A DNA stretch of 64,000 nucleotides, taken from NCBI GenBank assembly GCA_965206595.1, contig OZ242214.1, positions 1,632,001-1,696,000 on the forward strand, written 5' to 3'. Shown here in pieces: positions 7,707-18,100 of this stretch. This DNA is from Candidatus Latescibacterota bacterium (lineage in GTDB: Bacteria > Latescibacterota > UBA2968 > UBA8231). The notes under the pieces were generated by a model. That model was not told the origin of the DNA. It worked only from the letters and a program-made list of their open reading frames with translations, and made no database searches. The first letter of the stretch is position 1. Each line of letters opens with the position of its first letter. A program made the position numbers and the translations under genes.

Positions 7707-10700
7707 TTGAAACAAGCAGAAAGGACCCGAATCATCCCTTCCAATACGAGGATCGAGGACAAGTACGAGCTGGAGGAAGGCATCGTTTTCCTCACCGGCA
7801 TAGAGGCGATCGTGCGCCTGCTGGTGGAGAAGCAGCGCCACGACGAGCAGCAGTCGGGGGCCGGGGCAGTCAACCAGACGTACGTCTCCGGGTACGAGGG
7901 GTCGCCGCTGGGAGGGCTGGACCTCGAAATCGTCTCCCAGCTCGAGGTCCTGAACCGGCGCGGGCGCACGGTGCACCAGTTCGGTATCAACGAGAAGACC
8001 GCGGCCTCGGCGATGCTCGGAACCCAGTACGCACCCTCGGCCGACGTCGACGCCTTCTGGTACGGCAAGGCGCACGGCACCATGTGGATCCCGGACGAAG
8101 TCTGGCTCGCCAACCTCGCCGGTACCAGCGGCAGCGGATCGATGGTGCTCCTGTGCGGGGAGGACCACCGTTCGAAGAGCTCGGTATCGCCCGGGAGCAG
8201 CGACTGGGTCCTGCGCGGCAGCATGGTTCCCATCTTCTACCCGGCCAGCATCGAGGAGATCCTCAGACTCGGGATGCACGCCATCCACTTGTCCCGCCAC
8301 CTCGGGGTGGTGACGGCGCTAAAGCTCGCGACCCCGCTCTGCGACGGCGCCGGAACGGTCCGTCTCGGGGAGGTACGCCCGGACATACACCTGCCGGAGG
8401 ACGACTTCGAGAAGAGCTTCAGCCCGATCGTCATGGCCCTCGGGGCGCTGCCGATGCAGAAGGAGCTGGTCGAGGAGAAGCTACCCCTGGTCGAGGAGTA
8501 CGTCCGGCTCAACAGGCTCAACCGGATTCACCCCGCCAACGGCACCAGCCCGACCGCGGCCGGAATCATCGCCACCGGCAAGTCCTTCCCCGATGTCAGA
8601 CAGGCTCTGGAGATCCTCGGCGTCGAGATCCCGGTGCTGCAGCTGTCGGTTACCTACCCCCTCGACCAGGAGATCGTCCGCGAATTCGCCCGCACCCTCG
8701 GCCTGCGGACAATCTACCTCGTAGAAGAACCCGGACCCTTTGTCGAAGAGGGGGTGAAAGCCGCCCTCTGGGGTTCGTCCGTGGAAGGGGTGTACGGCCA
8801 GTACGACGAAAAGGGAAAACCGTTCGTGCCCTCCTGGGGGGAAGTCGACCCCGAACGGATCGTCCAGCTGCTTGGACCGCGTCTCCTTCCCTCGGCTTCG
8901 TCGTCGGCAACCCCGCTGTACAGCCGGCTGGAGGATATCCTCGGGCGCACTTACTCCGAGGTCCCGAAGGTCGCCCCGATGTCGTGCGGGGGATGTCCCT
9001 ACAACAGCTTTCGCGACCTGAAAGGGGAGAAGCCCGGGGGCGCCATCGGCTGCAGCTCGATCCGGGCGATGGAGGCCTACGACTACGGGGTGCTCTACAT
9101 CCCGACCATGGGTGCGGGAGGCTCGATCTACAGCGGCACCGCGCCCTTCAACGGCAACAGGCACAGCTATCAGTACCTCGGCGACGGCAGCTATTTCCAC
9201 AGCGGCAGGGGGGCCGTTCAGAGCTGCGTGCAGGGGGATGTCAACATCACCTTTCTGCTGCTGTTCAACGGCTCCGTTGCCTTGACGGGGGGACAGCGGC
9301 CCGGGGGCCAGCGCAGCGTCGCCGAGGTCGCCGGGGAGCTCCTCGCCCTCGGGGTGCGGCAGGTCGGGATCGTCAGCGAGGAGCCGCAGCGCTACCGCTC
9401 TCTGAACCGGGAGAACGTCCGCGTGTTCGGCCTCGACCGGCACGCCGAAGCGCTCGCCCACTTCAAGGGAGTCGGCGGAACCACGGCGCTGATCCTCGAC
9501 AAGGAATGCGCCACCGAGAAGGGGCGCCGGCGGCGGCGTCTGGGCGAGCGGCCCGAGAGCTACATCCTCGTTCACGAGAGGCTGTGCGAGGGGTGCGGCG
9601 ACTGTTACCGGCAGTCGGAGGGCTGCGCCGCGCTCTACGGTACGGAGACCGAGTTCGGGGAGAAGACGCAGATCCGCCAGGCCAGCTGCGTCCAGGACGG
9701 CCTCTGCGTCGACGGGGAATGTCCTTCTTTCGTCAAGGTGACCCCCCGCTCCGACTCCGTGGGGCTGCGCCGTGCGATCCCGGAGCCGCTGCGCGATCTG
9801 CCGGAACCGGCGGTCGATTTCGACCTGCAAGCCGAGGACTACACCATCTTGGCGGTAGGCCGCGGCGGCACCGGAGTGGTGACTATTGCCCACCTCGTCG
9901 CCTACGCCGGCATGCTCGACGGGCTCAACGTGTACCTGTCGAACAACACCGGCCTGGCGCAGAAAGGCGGCCCGGTAGAAGCCCCGATAATCCTCAGCCG
10001 CCGCCGCCAGCCGGTGTTCAACCGGCTGTTTCCCGGTTCCGCGGACCTGTATCTCGGCTTCGATCTGCTGCGTGCCGCGGAACCCGGGAACCTGAAGTTC
10101 GCCTCATCCGATCGCTCCGTCGCCCTGGTCAGCTCGACGCGCCTTCCGACGGCCCGGATGAACAGGAATCCCGGGGGGAAATTCCCCGATCCGGATCACC
10201 TTGCCGGGCTGATCGACCAATGCAGCCGCAAGTCGGACAATATCTACATCGACACCTTCTGGCTCGCGGAGAAGCTCTTCGGCGACAGCCTGTACGCCAA
10301 CATGCTGCTGCTGGGAGCGGCGTACCAGACCGGGAGTCTTCCCCTGAGCCCGGCCTCCTTAGAGGCCGCCATCGCCCTGAACGGCAAAGCCGTGGAGGTC
10401 AACGTCCAGGCCTTCCGCTGGGGGCGCCTTGCCGTGGCCGACCCGGGGCGGCTGCAGGCGCACGTCGGCCCGGTCGTCCCCGACGACGAGGACCTCATCC
10501 GCGAAAGCCGCGGCAGGCTCGGCAGTGACAGCGAGCGCTCCCTCCACGACGAGGCGCTGCAGTCGATCGACCTGCCGGCCGAGCTGGCAGCCCGTTTCAG
10601 CACTCGTATCGCCGATCTGATTTCCTATCAGGACGAGGCGTACGCGAGGGAGTACGTCGATTTTGTGCGCTCGGTGGCCGCCGCCGAAGCCGGGCAGGGG

Positions 10701-11228
10701 GACCGGCCGCGGTCTCTGACCCGGGCGGTAATCCTCAACCTGCACAAGCTGATGGCTTACAAGGACGAGTACGAGGTGGCGCGGCTCGCCCTGGACCGGG
10801 AATCCACGGAGCGACTGGCAGGGATGTTCGACGGGGAGGTGAGAATCTCCCACTACCTCAATCCCCCCACCTTGAGGCGTTTCCGGGTCGGCAAGATCGC
10901 CGTCGGCCCCTGGTTCCGGCCGTTGTTCTCCTGCCTGCGCGCCTTGCGAGGGCTGCGCGCCACACGCTGGGATCCCTTCGGCCGCACCCCCTGCAGGAAG
11001 CTCGAGCGCGAGCTGGTTACATGGTACAGGAGTATGCTGCTGGAAGTGGCCGAGCTGTTGTCTCGGCCCGGAGCCACGGCCGCGGACCGCAACCGGGCGC
11101 TGGAGATCGCCGGGGCACCCGACTCGATTCGCGGGTACGAGCAGATCAAGATCGAGTCCGCGGCGAAAGCGAGGGCGCAGGCCGAGGCAGGTCTGCGGGA
11201 GCTGCGTGGCCTGGCGGACCGCCGATAG
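7707..11228 (+). CDS. fused indolepyruvate:ferredoxin oxidoreductase family protein (alpha/beta/gamma single chain)
   Basis: VSGYEGSPLGGLD, TPP motif GDGSYFHSG, ferredoxin CEGCGDC...C, GRGGTGVVT, TGLAQKGG, KLMAYKDEYEVARL. Start probably TTG 7707, just after TTGCCG-17-TATACT. Confidence 0.9.
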   Translation: MKQAERTRIIPSNTRIEDKYELEEGIVFLTGIEAIVRLLVEKQRHDEQQSGAGAVNQTYVSGYEGSPLGGLDLEIVSQLEVLNRRGRTVHQFGINEKTAASAMLGTQYAPSADVDAFWYGKAHGTMWIPDEVWLANLAGTSGSGSMVLLCGEDHRSKSSVSPGSSDWVLRGSMVPIFYPASIEEILRLGMHAIHLSRHLGVVTALKLATPLCDGAGTVRLGEVRPDIHLPEDDFEKSFSPIVMALGALPMQKELVEEKLPLVEEYVRLNRLNRIHPANGTSPTAAGIIATGKSFPDVRQALEILGVEIPVLQLSVTYPLDQEIVREFARTLGLRTIYLVEEPGPFVEEGVKAALWGSSVEGVYGQYDEKGKPFVPSWGEVDPERIVQLLGPRLLPSASSSATPLYSRLEDILGRTYSEVPKVAPMSCGGCPYNSFRDLKGEKPGGAIGCSSIRAMEAYDYGVLYIPTMGAGGSIYSGTAPFNGNRHSYQYLGDGSYFHSGRGAVQSCVQGDVNITFLLLFNGSVALTGGQRPGGQRSVAEVAGELLALGVRQVGIVSEEPQRYRSLNRENVRVFGLDRHAEALAHFKGVGGTTALILDKECATEKGRRRRRLGERPESYILVHERLCEGCGDCYRQSEGCAALYGTETEFGEKTQIRQASCVQDGLCVDGECPSFVKVTPRSDSVGLRRAIPEPLRDLPEPAVDFDLQAEDYTILAVGRGGTGVVTIAHLVAYAGMLDGLNVYLSNNTGLAQKGGPVEAPIILSRRRQPVFNRLFPGSADLYLGFDLLRAAEPGNLKFASSDRSVALVSSTRLPTARMNRNPGGKFPDPDHLAGLIDQCSRKSDNIYIDTFWLAEKLFGDSLYANMLLLGAAYQTGSLPLSPASLEAAIALNGKAVEVNVQAFRWGRLAVADPGRLQAHVGPVVPDDEDLIRESRGRLGSDSERSLHDEALQSIDLPAELAARFSTRIADLISYQDEAYAREYVDFVRSVAAAEAGQGDRPRSLTRAVILNLHKLMAYKDEYEVARLALDRESTERLAGMFDGEVRISHYLNPPTLRRFRVGKIAVGPWFRPLFSCLRALRGLRATRWDPFGRTPCRKLERELVTWYRSMLLEVAELLSRPGATAADRNRALEIAGAPDSIRGYEQIKIESAAKARAQAEAGLRELRGLADRR

Positions 11229-11249
11229 GGAGCAGGCGGGACCGGGGAA

Positions 11250-12149
11250 TCAGCGCAGGCGGACTTCTACCACCTCACCCGAGCGCCGGGCCTTGCGCAT
11301 CGACCTGAGAAAGGCGAAGGCCCGCGCTGTTTCCTCCCTGACGGCCGGCTCGCGGTCGTTCCCTTTGGCGACGGCCCGGCAGAAGGTTCGAAGCCATTCC
11401 GGTTCGGGTCGCAGGCCAGACGGTTGCCGAACTTCCTGGCCCCCCGGTCCGAAGGCGACGACCCGGTTGGCCGCGGCGGCGTAGGTCAGGATTCCACCGC
11501 TTCCGAGAAACAGGTAATCCCCCTCGGGAGCCCCGGCCCGGATCGCAGAGAGCTGGGCGGTAGCGCGATTGGCGAAAGAAACAGTAGCCGCCGCGTGCGT
11601 GACCCTGCCCGCCGAGGTCGCGGTGACGTGGAGGCGCGTTGGATCGGAGCGAGCCAGGGCGGCGGCTTGGTGGCAGGCATCGGCCAGGGCCCACCAGATC
11701 GCCGTCATCCCAGCCCCCGCAGCTTCGACCGCGGCGCGCAGGAAGACCGGCTTGCCGAAGTCGACTTCGGCGCTGGCTTTCAGCAGCTTTGCGTGCGCCC
11801 TCCCATGCTCGTACAGCCCCCCCCAGCCCAACGCCAGTCCGTGTTTTCGGGCCGTTCCGCAAACCGCCTCGATACCGTCAGAAGTGGTGGCAGGCAGGCC
11901 GCGGCAAAGCACGTGAAAGCCGGCCTCGAGGGCGGCGACGACGTCGCCCTCCAAGTTCCGGTACGGCGACAGGAAACAGGCGATCCTCCTGTCCCCGTCA
12001 ACGGCGGACAGGGCGCTGCCGACCGTGTCGAACGAGGGAATTCCCGGAATCCGCCCCTGGCCAACGACGGAGGCGACCTCCAGGCCCCCGGCGAGCTCCT
12101 CGACGAGGGACCGCTGGTCTCTGCCCGCGACCAGGCAGACCGCGCTCAC
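11250..12149 (-). CDS. divergent Gfo/Idh/MocA-like oxidoreductase
   Basis: AALEAGFHVLC, FGKPVFLR and a C-terminal ...ARRSGEVVEV resemble the family, but the EKP motif is absent. Confidence 0.55.
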   Translation of the reverse strand: MSAVCLVAGRDQRSLVEELAGGLEVASVVGQGRIPGIPSFDTVGSALSAVDGDRRIACFLSPYRNLEGDVVAALEAGFHVLCRGLPATTSDGIEAVCGTARKHGLALGWGGLYEHGRAHAKLLKASAEVDFGKPVFLRAAVEAAGAGMTAIWWALADACHQAAALARSDPTRLHVTATSAGRVTHAAATVSFANRATAQLSAIRAGAPEGDYLFLGSGGILTYAAAANRVVAFGPGGQEVRQPSGLRPEPEWLRTFCRAVAKGNDREPAVREETARAFAFLRSMRKARRSGEVVEVRLR

Positions 12150-13276
12150 GAGTCATCCCTTTGCAAAAGGCTCACGGGCCCGTTCTCGACGATGGAGCGG
12201 TATCCGCCGAGAAGGATTTCCATGTGATCGCGGGCCTCCGTCACGGAGTAGAACGGCTGCCGCTCTTCGTCCATCGCCGCCACGAGATCCTCCAGGCCGT
12301 TGGCGAGGCAGGGATCGTCCACCAAGGGGGAAGCCGTGGTCGGAGATGGGGTGTGCCACTGCATCGGATCTTCGGCGGGGGGGTGGTAGTCGGAGGCCGT
12401 GATGGTCCGGCTTAGCGTCGTTTCCAGCAACGGCCGCCTGGCGTCGACCATGGCGCTGCGCTCGCTGCCGACGAGCCAGGCTCGCGACGGCCCTCCGGCC
12501 GCATGAGTGGCAACTCCGACCCTTCCCGCGCACAGGGTCGCCACGCGGCCTCCGGAATCGACGAGGGTCATGGTGGCGAAATCATCGGCGCGGTGGGCAG
12601 CGTGCTGAGCGAAGAAGTGCGCCCCGCCGTGAGCAAGCACCTGCCTGATCGGCCCGAAGCATCGCTGCACAAGTCCCACCGAATAGGCCCCGACCGTAAG
12701 CAGCTCGCGCTTGATGTCGGGGAACTTCCAGCGGCCTGCAGGCAGGAAGTCGCCGGGGACGGACAGGCCGGGGGCCGGCCAGCCCTTGCAGAACAGGATA
12801 TCGGAGTGAACTCCGAGCAGCTCTCCGAGGTCGCCGCTGTCTATCAGCTCGCGGCACCGGCTCACCAAGGTGCCGTAGGTGTAGCTCGGCACGATCGCCC
12901 TGACCCCGGAACGGGCAACGGTCTCGACGACGGCGTCGCACTCGTCGAGGTTGCCGCCCATGAACTTGTCTATCCAGAGGTGCTTTCCGGCGCGGGCGGC
13001 GCGCATGGCGAGGTCGGAACGGCGCTCGATCTCGTGGCCGATGCTGACGATGTCGACCCCCTCCATTCCGAGAGCCCCGTCCACTCCCTCGACGTAGGGA
13101 ACGCCGATCTCCCGGGCCCGCTTCCGGTTCAGGTCCTGCAGATGAGGCTCGATGTCCGTTTCGTCGGCGACGGCGACAATCCGCAGGCGCGGATGGCTGC
13201 TGAAGAGGGGGACGAAGGTGTCCTGGTGGCTGTGGCGGCTGAAGCTGACCAGCAGCACGCCGTAGGTGGCGGGCAT
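12146..13276 (-). CDS. Gfo/Idh/MocA family oxidoreductase
   Basis: RIVAVAD, VDIVSI, AARAGKHLWIDK, GDLGEL and C-terminal GYRSIVENGPVSL. Confidence 0.82.
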   Translation of the reverse strand: MPATYGVLLVSFSRHSHQDTFVPLFSSHPRLRIVAVADETDIEPHLQDLNRKRAREIGVPYVEGVDGALGMEGVDIVSIGHEIERRSDLAMRAARAGKHLWIDKFMGGNLDECDAVVETVARSGVRAIVPSYTYGTLVSRCRELIDSGDLGELLGVHSDILFCKGWPAPGLSVPGDFLPAGRWKFPDIKRELLTVGAYSVGLVQRCFGPIRQVLAHGGAHFFAQHAAHRADDFATMTLVDSGGRVATLCAGRVGVATHAAGGPSRAWLVGSERSAMVDARRPLLETTLSRTITASDYHPPAEDPMQWHTPSPTTASPLVDDPCLANGLEDLVAAMDEERQPFYSVTEARDHMEILLGGYRSIVENGPVSLLQRDDS

Positions 13277-13440
13277 TCCGTCCAAGGGGGTTGGGGTGGG
13301 CGCTCGCCGAGGACCGTCGGGTCCTGCGCGAGAAGGGACAGGCGGGCAAGATACTCAGGGGGAAAATCCCTGTAAACCGGACTTCCTCCGGCTTCTCCTG
13401 CAAGCAGTGCAAGTCTCGGAGGGACGGCAGTTGGGTTCCG

Positions 13441-14127
13441 TCAGGTTCCGCGGGTGTTGCCCCACAGATCGATCTGCAGCCGGCCGCTGTAGCTGAAGCC
13501 TTCCCGCTTGCAGACTTCGGCCACCCAGGGCCCGCGGGCCTTCAGCTGCCCGCCTTCGACCCCCTCCGGCATCAGGAATACCTGGCGCCGGGGGATCGAA
13601 AGTTCCTCGACGAGGCGCACCACCTCGGCCGTATCCTCCTCTTCCTGCAGCACGAACTTGAACTGAAGGTCGATTCCCGACTCAAGGTACCGCGACAGCG
13701 GCTCGAAGCGGTTGTTGCGCAGGTGAAGGGCGCGCTCCGCAGTATGGTCGGACCCGGGCGTGCTGTTGGCGAGCTTGGGGGAAAGGCTGAATAAATCGGG
13801 CCGCACCGCGGGCTGGAAGATCGTCCCCGCGGTCTCGATGGTGGTGTGATGTCCGCGTTCTCTCAACGACTCGACGAGAGGGGCGAGGTCTTTCTGCAGA
13901 AGCGGCTCACCGCCGGTGATCACCGCGTAGGGAACGGCGCTCCATGCCGCGGTTTCCGCCATGATTTCTTCCACCCTCATGTTCCTGCCCTCGGGGTTCC
14001 AGGAGGTGTAGGGGGTGTCGCACCAGGAGCACCTCAGGTTGCATCCGGAAGTGCGGATGAAGATGCACGGTACGCCGGTGTAGCGGCCCTCCCCCTGAAG
14101 GGTGTGGAAGATCTCCGATATCAGCAT
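13441..14127 (-). CDS. queE: 7-carboxy-7-deazaguanine synthase (radical SAM)
   Basis: [22 protein letters not shown] (CxxxCxxC), [12 protein letters not shown]. Confidence 0.9.
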   Translation of the reverse strand: MLISEIFHTLQGEGRYTGVPCIFIRTSGCNLRCSWCDTPYTSWNPEGRNMRVEEIMAETAAWSAVPYAVITGGEPLLQKDLAPLVESLRERGHHTTIETAGTIFQPAVRPDLFSLSPKLANSTPGSDHTAERALHLRNNRFEPLSRYLESGIDLQFKFVLQEEEDTAEVVRLVEELSIPRRQVFLMPEGVEGGQLKARGPWVAEVCKREGFSYSGRLQIDLWGNTRGT

Positions 14128-14151
14128 CTGCCCGGGGTCGTGGGAATGAGC

Positions 14152-14481
14152 TCATCCGCCGAGCAGCTGGTCGATCTTGGCGGCGCAGATGAAGTCGTTT
14201 TCCGAAAGGCCGTCTATCGCGTGGGTGCGGTACTTCACCTTGCAGGCCCTGTATCCGACCTCGAGATCGGGGTGGTGGTTCTCTCTGTTGGCGAGCCAGG
14301 CAACGGCATTGACGAACGATATCGTCTCGAAGTAGTTGCGGAAACGGAACCTTTTCTCGATGCGGCCTGCGACCGCCTTCCACCCGGGGATGGAGGCGAT
14401 GTGGGTCTCGATTTCCGCCTCGGTCAACGGAGGCACGCCGGCTTCGCACGGCTTGCAGGATCTGGCTGCCAGGTCGGTCAT
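14152..14481 (-). CDS. phhB: pterin-4-alpha-carbinolamine dehydratase
   Basis: ENHHPDL and [19 protein letters not shown]. Confidence 0.93.
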   Translation of the reverse strand: MTDLAARSCKPCEAGVPPLTEAEIETHIASIPGWKAVAGRIEKRFRFRNYFETISFVNAVAWLANRENHHPDLEVGYRACKVKYRTHAIDGLSENDFICAAKIDQLLGG

Positions 14482-14643
14482 GGGAATGCGGATCTCCCGG
14501 TCATGGGTCGGCGAAATCGCAGCTTGTACGAGGAAAGGTACCTCTGCGAGCAGGGCCCTTCAAACGTACATTGTCATGCGGTCGACCGCGGCGCTCGTGG
14601 TTGCCCGGACACGAGATGCAGGCGATTCGACGTGAGGTGTAAA

Positions 14644-15192
14644 ATGGGAATGGAGAGCACGTACAGGACGCTGATCGAACAGATCGGGGAGGATGCCGGA
14701 CGCGAAGGACTTGCCCGTACGCCCGAGCGTGCGGCGAGGGCCATGGGGCACCTCACCCAGGGGTACCGGGCCTCCCCGGCCGAGGCCGTCGGGGGCGCCA
14801 TCTACGATTCCTGCTCCGACGAAATGGTGGTGGTCAAGAACATCGAGCTGTACTCGCTGTGCGAGCACCACGTCCTGCCGTTCTTCGGCAAGTGCCACGT
14901 AGCCTATCTGCCCAGGGGCAAGGTGATCGGACTGTCGAAGGTGGCGCGCATCGTCGACGTGTTCGCCCGCCGCCTGCAGATCCAGGAAAACCTCACCATG
15001 CAGATCGCCGACTCGCTGATGGATCTGCTCAATCCCCTCGGGGTGGGGGTAGTCATCCAGGCGCGCCACCTGTGCATGATGATGCGCGGGGTGGAGAAGC
15101 AGAACTCCGAGATGGTGACTTCGCGCATGCTGGGAAGCTTCCGGGAAAACGGGCAGACGAGGTCGGAGTTCCTATCCCTGATCGCGGACTGA
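14644..15192 (+). CDS. folE: GTP cyclohydrolase I
   Basis: [46 protein letters not shown]. Start 14644 or 14650. Confidence 0.96.
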   Translation: MGMESTYRTLIEQIGEDAGREGLARTPERAARAMGHLTQGYRASPAEAVGGAIYDSCSDEMVVVKNIELYSLCEHHVLPFFGKCHVAYLPRGKVIGLSKVARIVDVFARRLQIQENLTMQIADSLMDLLNPLGVGVVIQARHLCMMMRGVEKQNSEMVTSRMLGSFRENGQTRSEFLSLIAD

Positions 15193-18100
15193 GCCCGGCT
15201 GCCTGCGCCGCCGCGGCGATCTTCTGCGCTGCGGCGCTTGCCGTTACCGGAGCCTCGGCAGCGGAGAAACCCCCGTATGCGCCGGGCGAGGTCCTGGCCC
15301 AGTGGTCGCAGCGGACCGCGGCCGCCAAGATCGCCGCAGGTTCGCCGCGGCTTCTCGACCATCTGCCTCCGGGATACGGCTGGGTCGAGGAGACCCCCGT
15401 GGTTCCCGCACGGCCGCTGGCCGCGGCCAAGGCGGGCGCCGGCACCTCGGTAATGGCCTCCTGGAGCCTGTTGCGATACAGCGCCGGTACCGATCCCGCG
15501 GCGGTCGCCCGGGACCTTCGAGGCCGCGATTTCGTGGCGCGCGCCCACCCCAACTATCTCCGCTCCTTCGCCTCTCCCCCGAACGATCCGCTTTTCCCCG
15601 AGCAGGGCAACCTCGACGCCATCGGCTGGGACGAGTCGCTGGCGACGGGTGGGGACGTAGTCGTCGCCATCATCGATTCCGGCATCGACCGCGAGCACCC
15701 CGACCTGGCCTCCCAGCTGTGGCACAATCCGGTAGAGGCGGACGGGCTCGCGGGGGTCGACGACGACGGCAACGGCTACGTCGACGACGTGACAGGCTGG
15801 GATTTCACCGATGCACCCGGGTTGCCCGGCGAGGGGGATTTCCGCTTCCGCGACCCCGACCCGGATGACGAGTCCGGGCACGGCACGCACGTGGCCGGTA
15901 TCGTCGCCGCGGTCGCACCCGGGGTGAGGGTGATGGTCCTGCGCGCCGGCTTCACGGTTTCCGGTTCCGGCTATCTCGAGGACGACGACATCGCCGCCGC
16001 CGCGGTGTACGCCGTCGACCAGGGCGCCGACATCCTCAACATGAGCTTCGGCGATCCGGTTTTCTCCCCCGTCATCGGGGACGTCGTCCGCTACGCCCGC
16101 TCCGCGGGCTGCCTGGTCGTGGCTGCGGTCGGAAACGAGGGAAACGACGAGGTCTTCTACCCGGCGCGCATGGAGGAGGTCGTGGCGGTGGCCGCCGCGG
16201 ATGACGAAGGACAGCCGCTCGCCTTCTCCAACTGGGGATACAGCGTCGACATCGCCGCCCCCGGGCTCGCCGTCCACGGACCGGTGCCCGGCGGCGGGTA
16301 CGCGGAGCGCTCAGGGACATCGATGGCGGCTGCCCACGTCTCAGGGGTCGCCGCGGTTACTTGGTCGCGCCAGCCGCAGCTCACCGCCGGGCAGGTGCGC
16401 GGCGCCCTGGCGAACAGAGCCCTGGATATCGTCGCCCAAGGGTGGGACCGCTGGTCGGGTGCGGGCCTCGTCCAGATGGCGGCAGCCCGTATCGGCGATC
16501 CGGCCGCGGTTGCCATCACCGGGCCGGCTTCGGGCGCAGTCAGGGCCGGGGAGGTTACCGTTCGCGGTCGAGTCTGGGGGGAAGGGGTGGAGTACGACCT
16601 GAGCTGGGGCCGCGGCCCGTTTCCCGAGTCCACCGAGGTCCTGCTCAGCGGCAGATCCCGCGCCGGCGAGAACAGATTCGAGGTCAGCTGGCCAACATCG
16701 GGACTCGCCCCTGGTCCATACCTGCTGCGGCTGCTGGCGGTCGCGGGAGGGAACAGGCATTCGCAGCGGCTTCTGCTCGATCTCCGGCAGGCCGCCGCAG
16801 CGGTGTCGGATCTGCGCCTGGAACGCGTCCTCAGCGGACCGGGATGGACGGACATCCTGCGGTGGGAAACGAGCGCGCCAGCGGCCGGGACGGTGATACT
16901 TCTCGAGCCCGCATCGGGGGACACGGTGCTGCAGATTCCCCTTGGCGGCGATCGACTCGAGCACTCCGTGTCCCTGCCGGAAGATCTCCTGCACGGAGAG
17001 TACAGGGCTGTCGTGCTGCCGGAAGCCGACGCCGGGGAAAGCGCCGGGAGCCTCGACTTCGACATCGGCGACACCGGCATCCGACGCTGGACGCTGAGGC
17101 AATCGGGTGCGCTCCCGGACGGGTACCTGCTGCCGCAGCCGACCGATTTCGACGCCGATGGAATTCCGGAGATCGTGGCGATGGGGTACGGAGGAGCCGG
17201 GTACAACCCGTCGGCCTTCTTCGAGCTGCCCTCCGGTTCCCGGGCCGTTCACCTCTCCTCGAGGCCATTCATCCCGTGGAACGCCCACGACCTCGATGGC
17301 GACGACAGGGGGGAGATCATGGCGGTCGATGCCGAGCGGGTGCGCCTGCTGGAATCTGCGAAGCCCGGCTCCTTTCCGACCGAGGTTGTCTTCGAGATCA
17401 CGCAGGTCTGGGGAGGGGAGGTGGCTGACGGGGACGGGGACGGGCGCATGGAGATGTTCCTGCGCTCCAGCCGCTCCGAGCAGTTCCGCGTTTTCGAGAG
17501 CCGCGGGGACGATTCCTTCGCGGAGACCGGAGCCCTCGCAAACCCATCGGAGGGTCTGGACGGCCTCGGTGAGCGCCAGGTCGCCGCGGACCTCGACGGC
17601 GACGGCAGCCTCGAGCTGCTCGCCGGGGACGAGGACGGGGACCTGTTCATCTACGAGAGCATCGGCGACGACACTTGGCGCCACACCTGGCTCGAGCGCC
17701 TGGAATCGGGAGACAGCCGCGTGGTGGGAGGGCCGTTCGACACCGACGCCGACGGGCGCCTCGAGTTCGCCGTCGCCAGTCTGGCCGCCGACCTGTTCGA
17801 CCCGGGGGAGACGAGATGGAAGGGGACGGTTTTCGAAGCCTCAGGGGACAATCGCTACGAACCGCGCTGGAGCGCCGAGATCGTCGGCGGTGCAGGCGCC
17901 GGCAACGGCATAAGCTCCGGGGATTTCGATGGCGACGGAGTTCCGGAAATCGTCCTGGCCCTGGTGCCCAACCTCTATCTGCTGAGAACGGATCCCTCCG
18001 GAGCCATGGTGCCTGTCTGGCACATGGAAGTCGCCAGGGTGTACCGGCCTCTGGTCGCCGACGTCGACGCCGACGGGGTCGTCGATCTCGTCGCCAACTC

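Noticed and set aside
13846-14643. Long N-terminal extensions in the ORF track for folE, groEL, the HddA-like kinase, the YfhO-like gene and the second DegT
   Set aside because: The extensions overlap neighbouring genes; family similarity begins at the downstream starts used in the feature list.
13441-15192. queE+folE as a 7-deazaguanine DNA-modification (dpd) island
   Set aside because: No dpdA/tgt-like, queC or restriction genes nearby, and composition is host-like.
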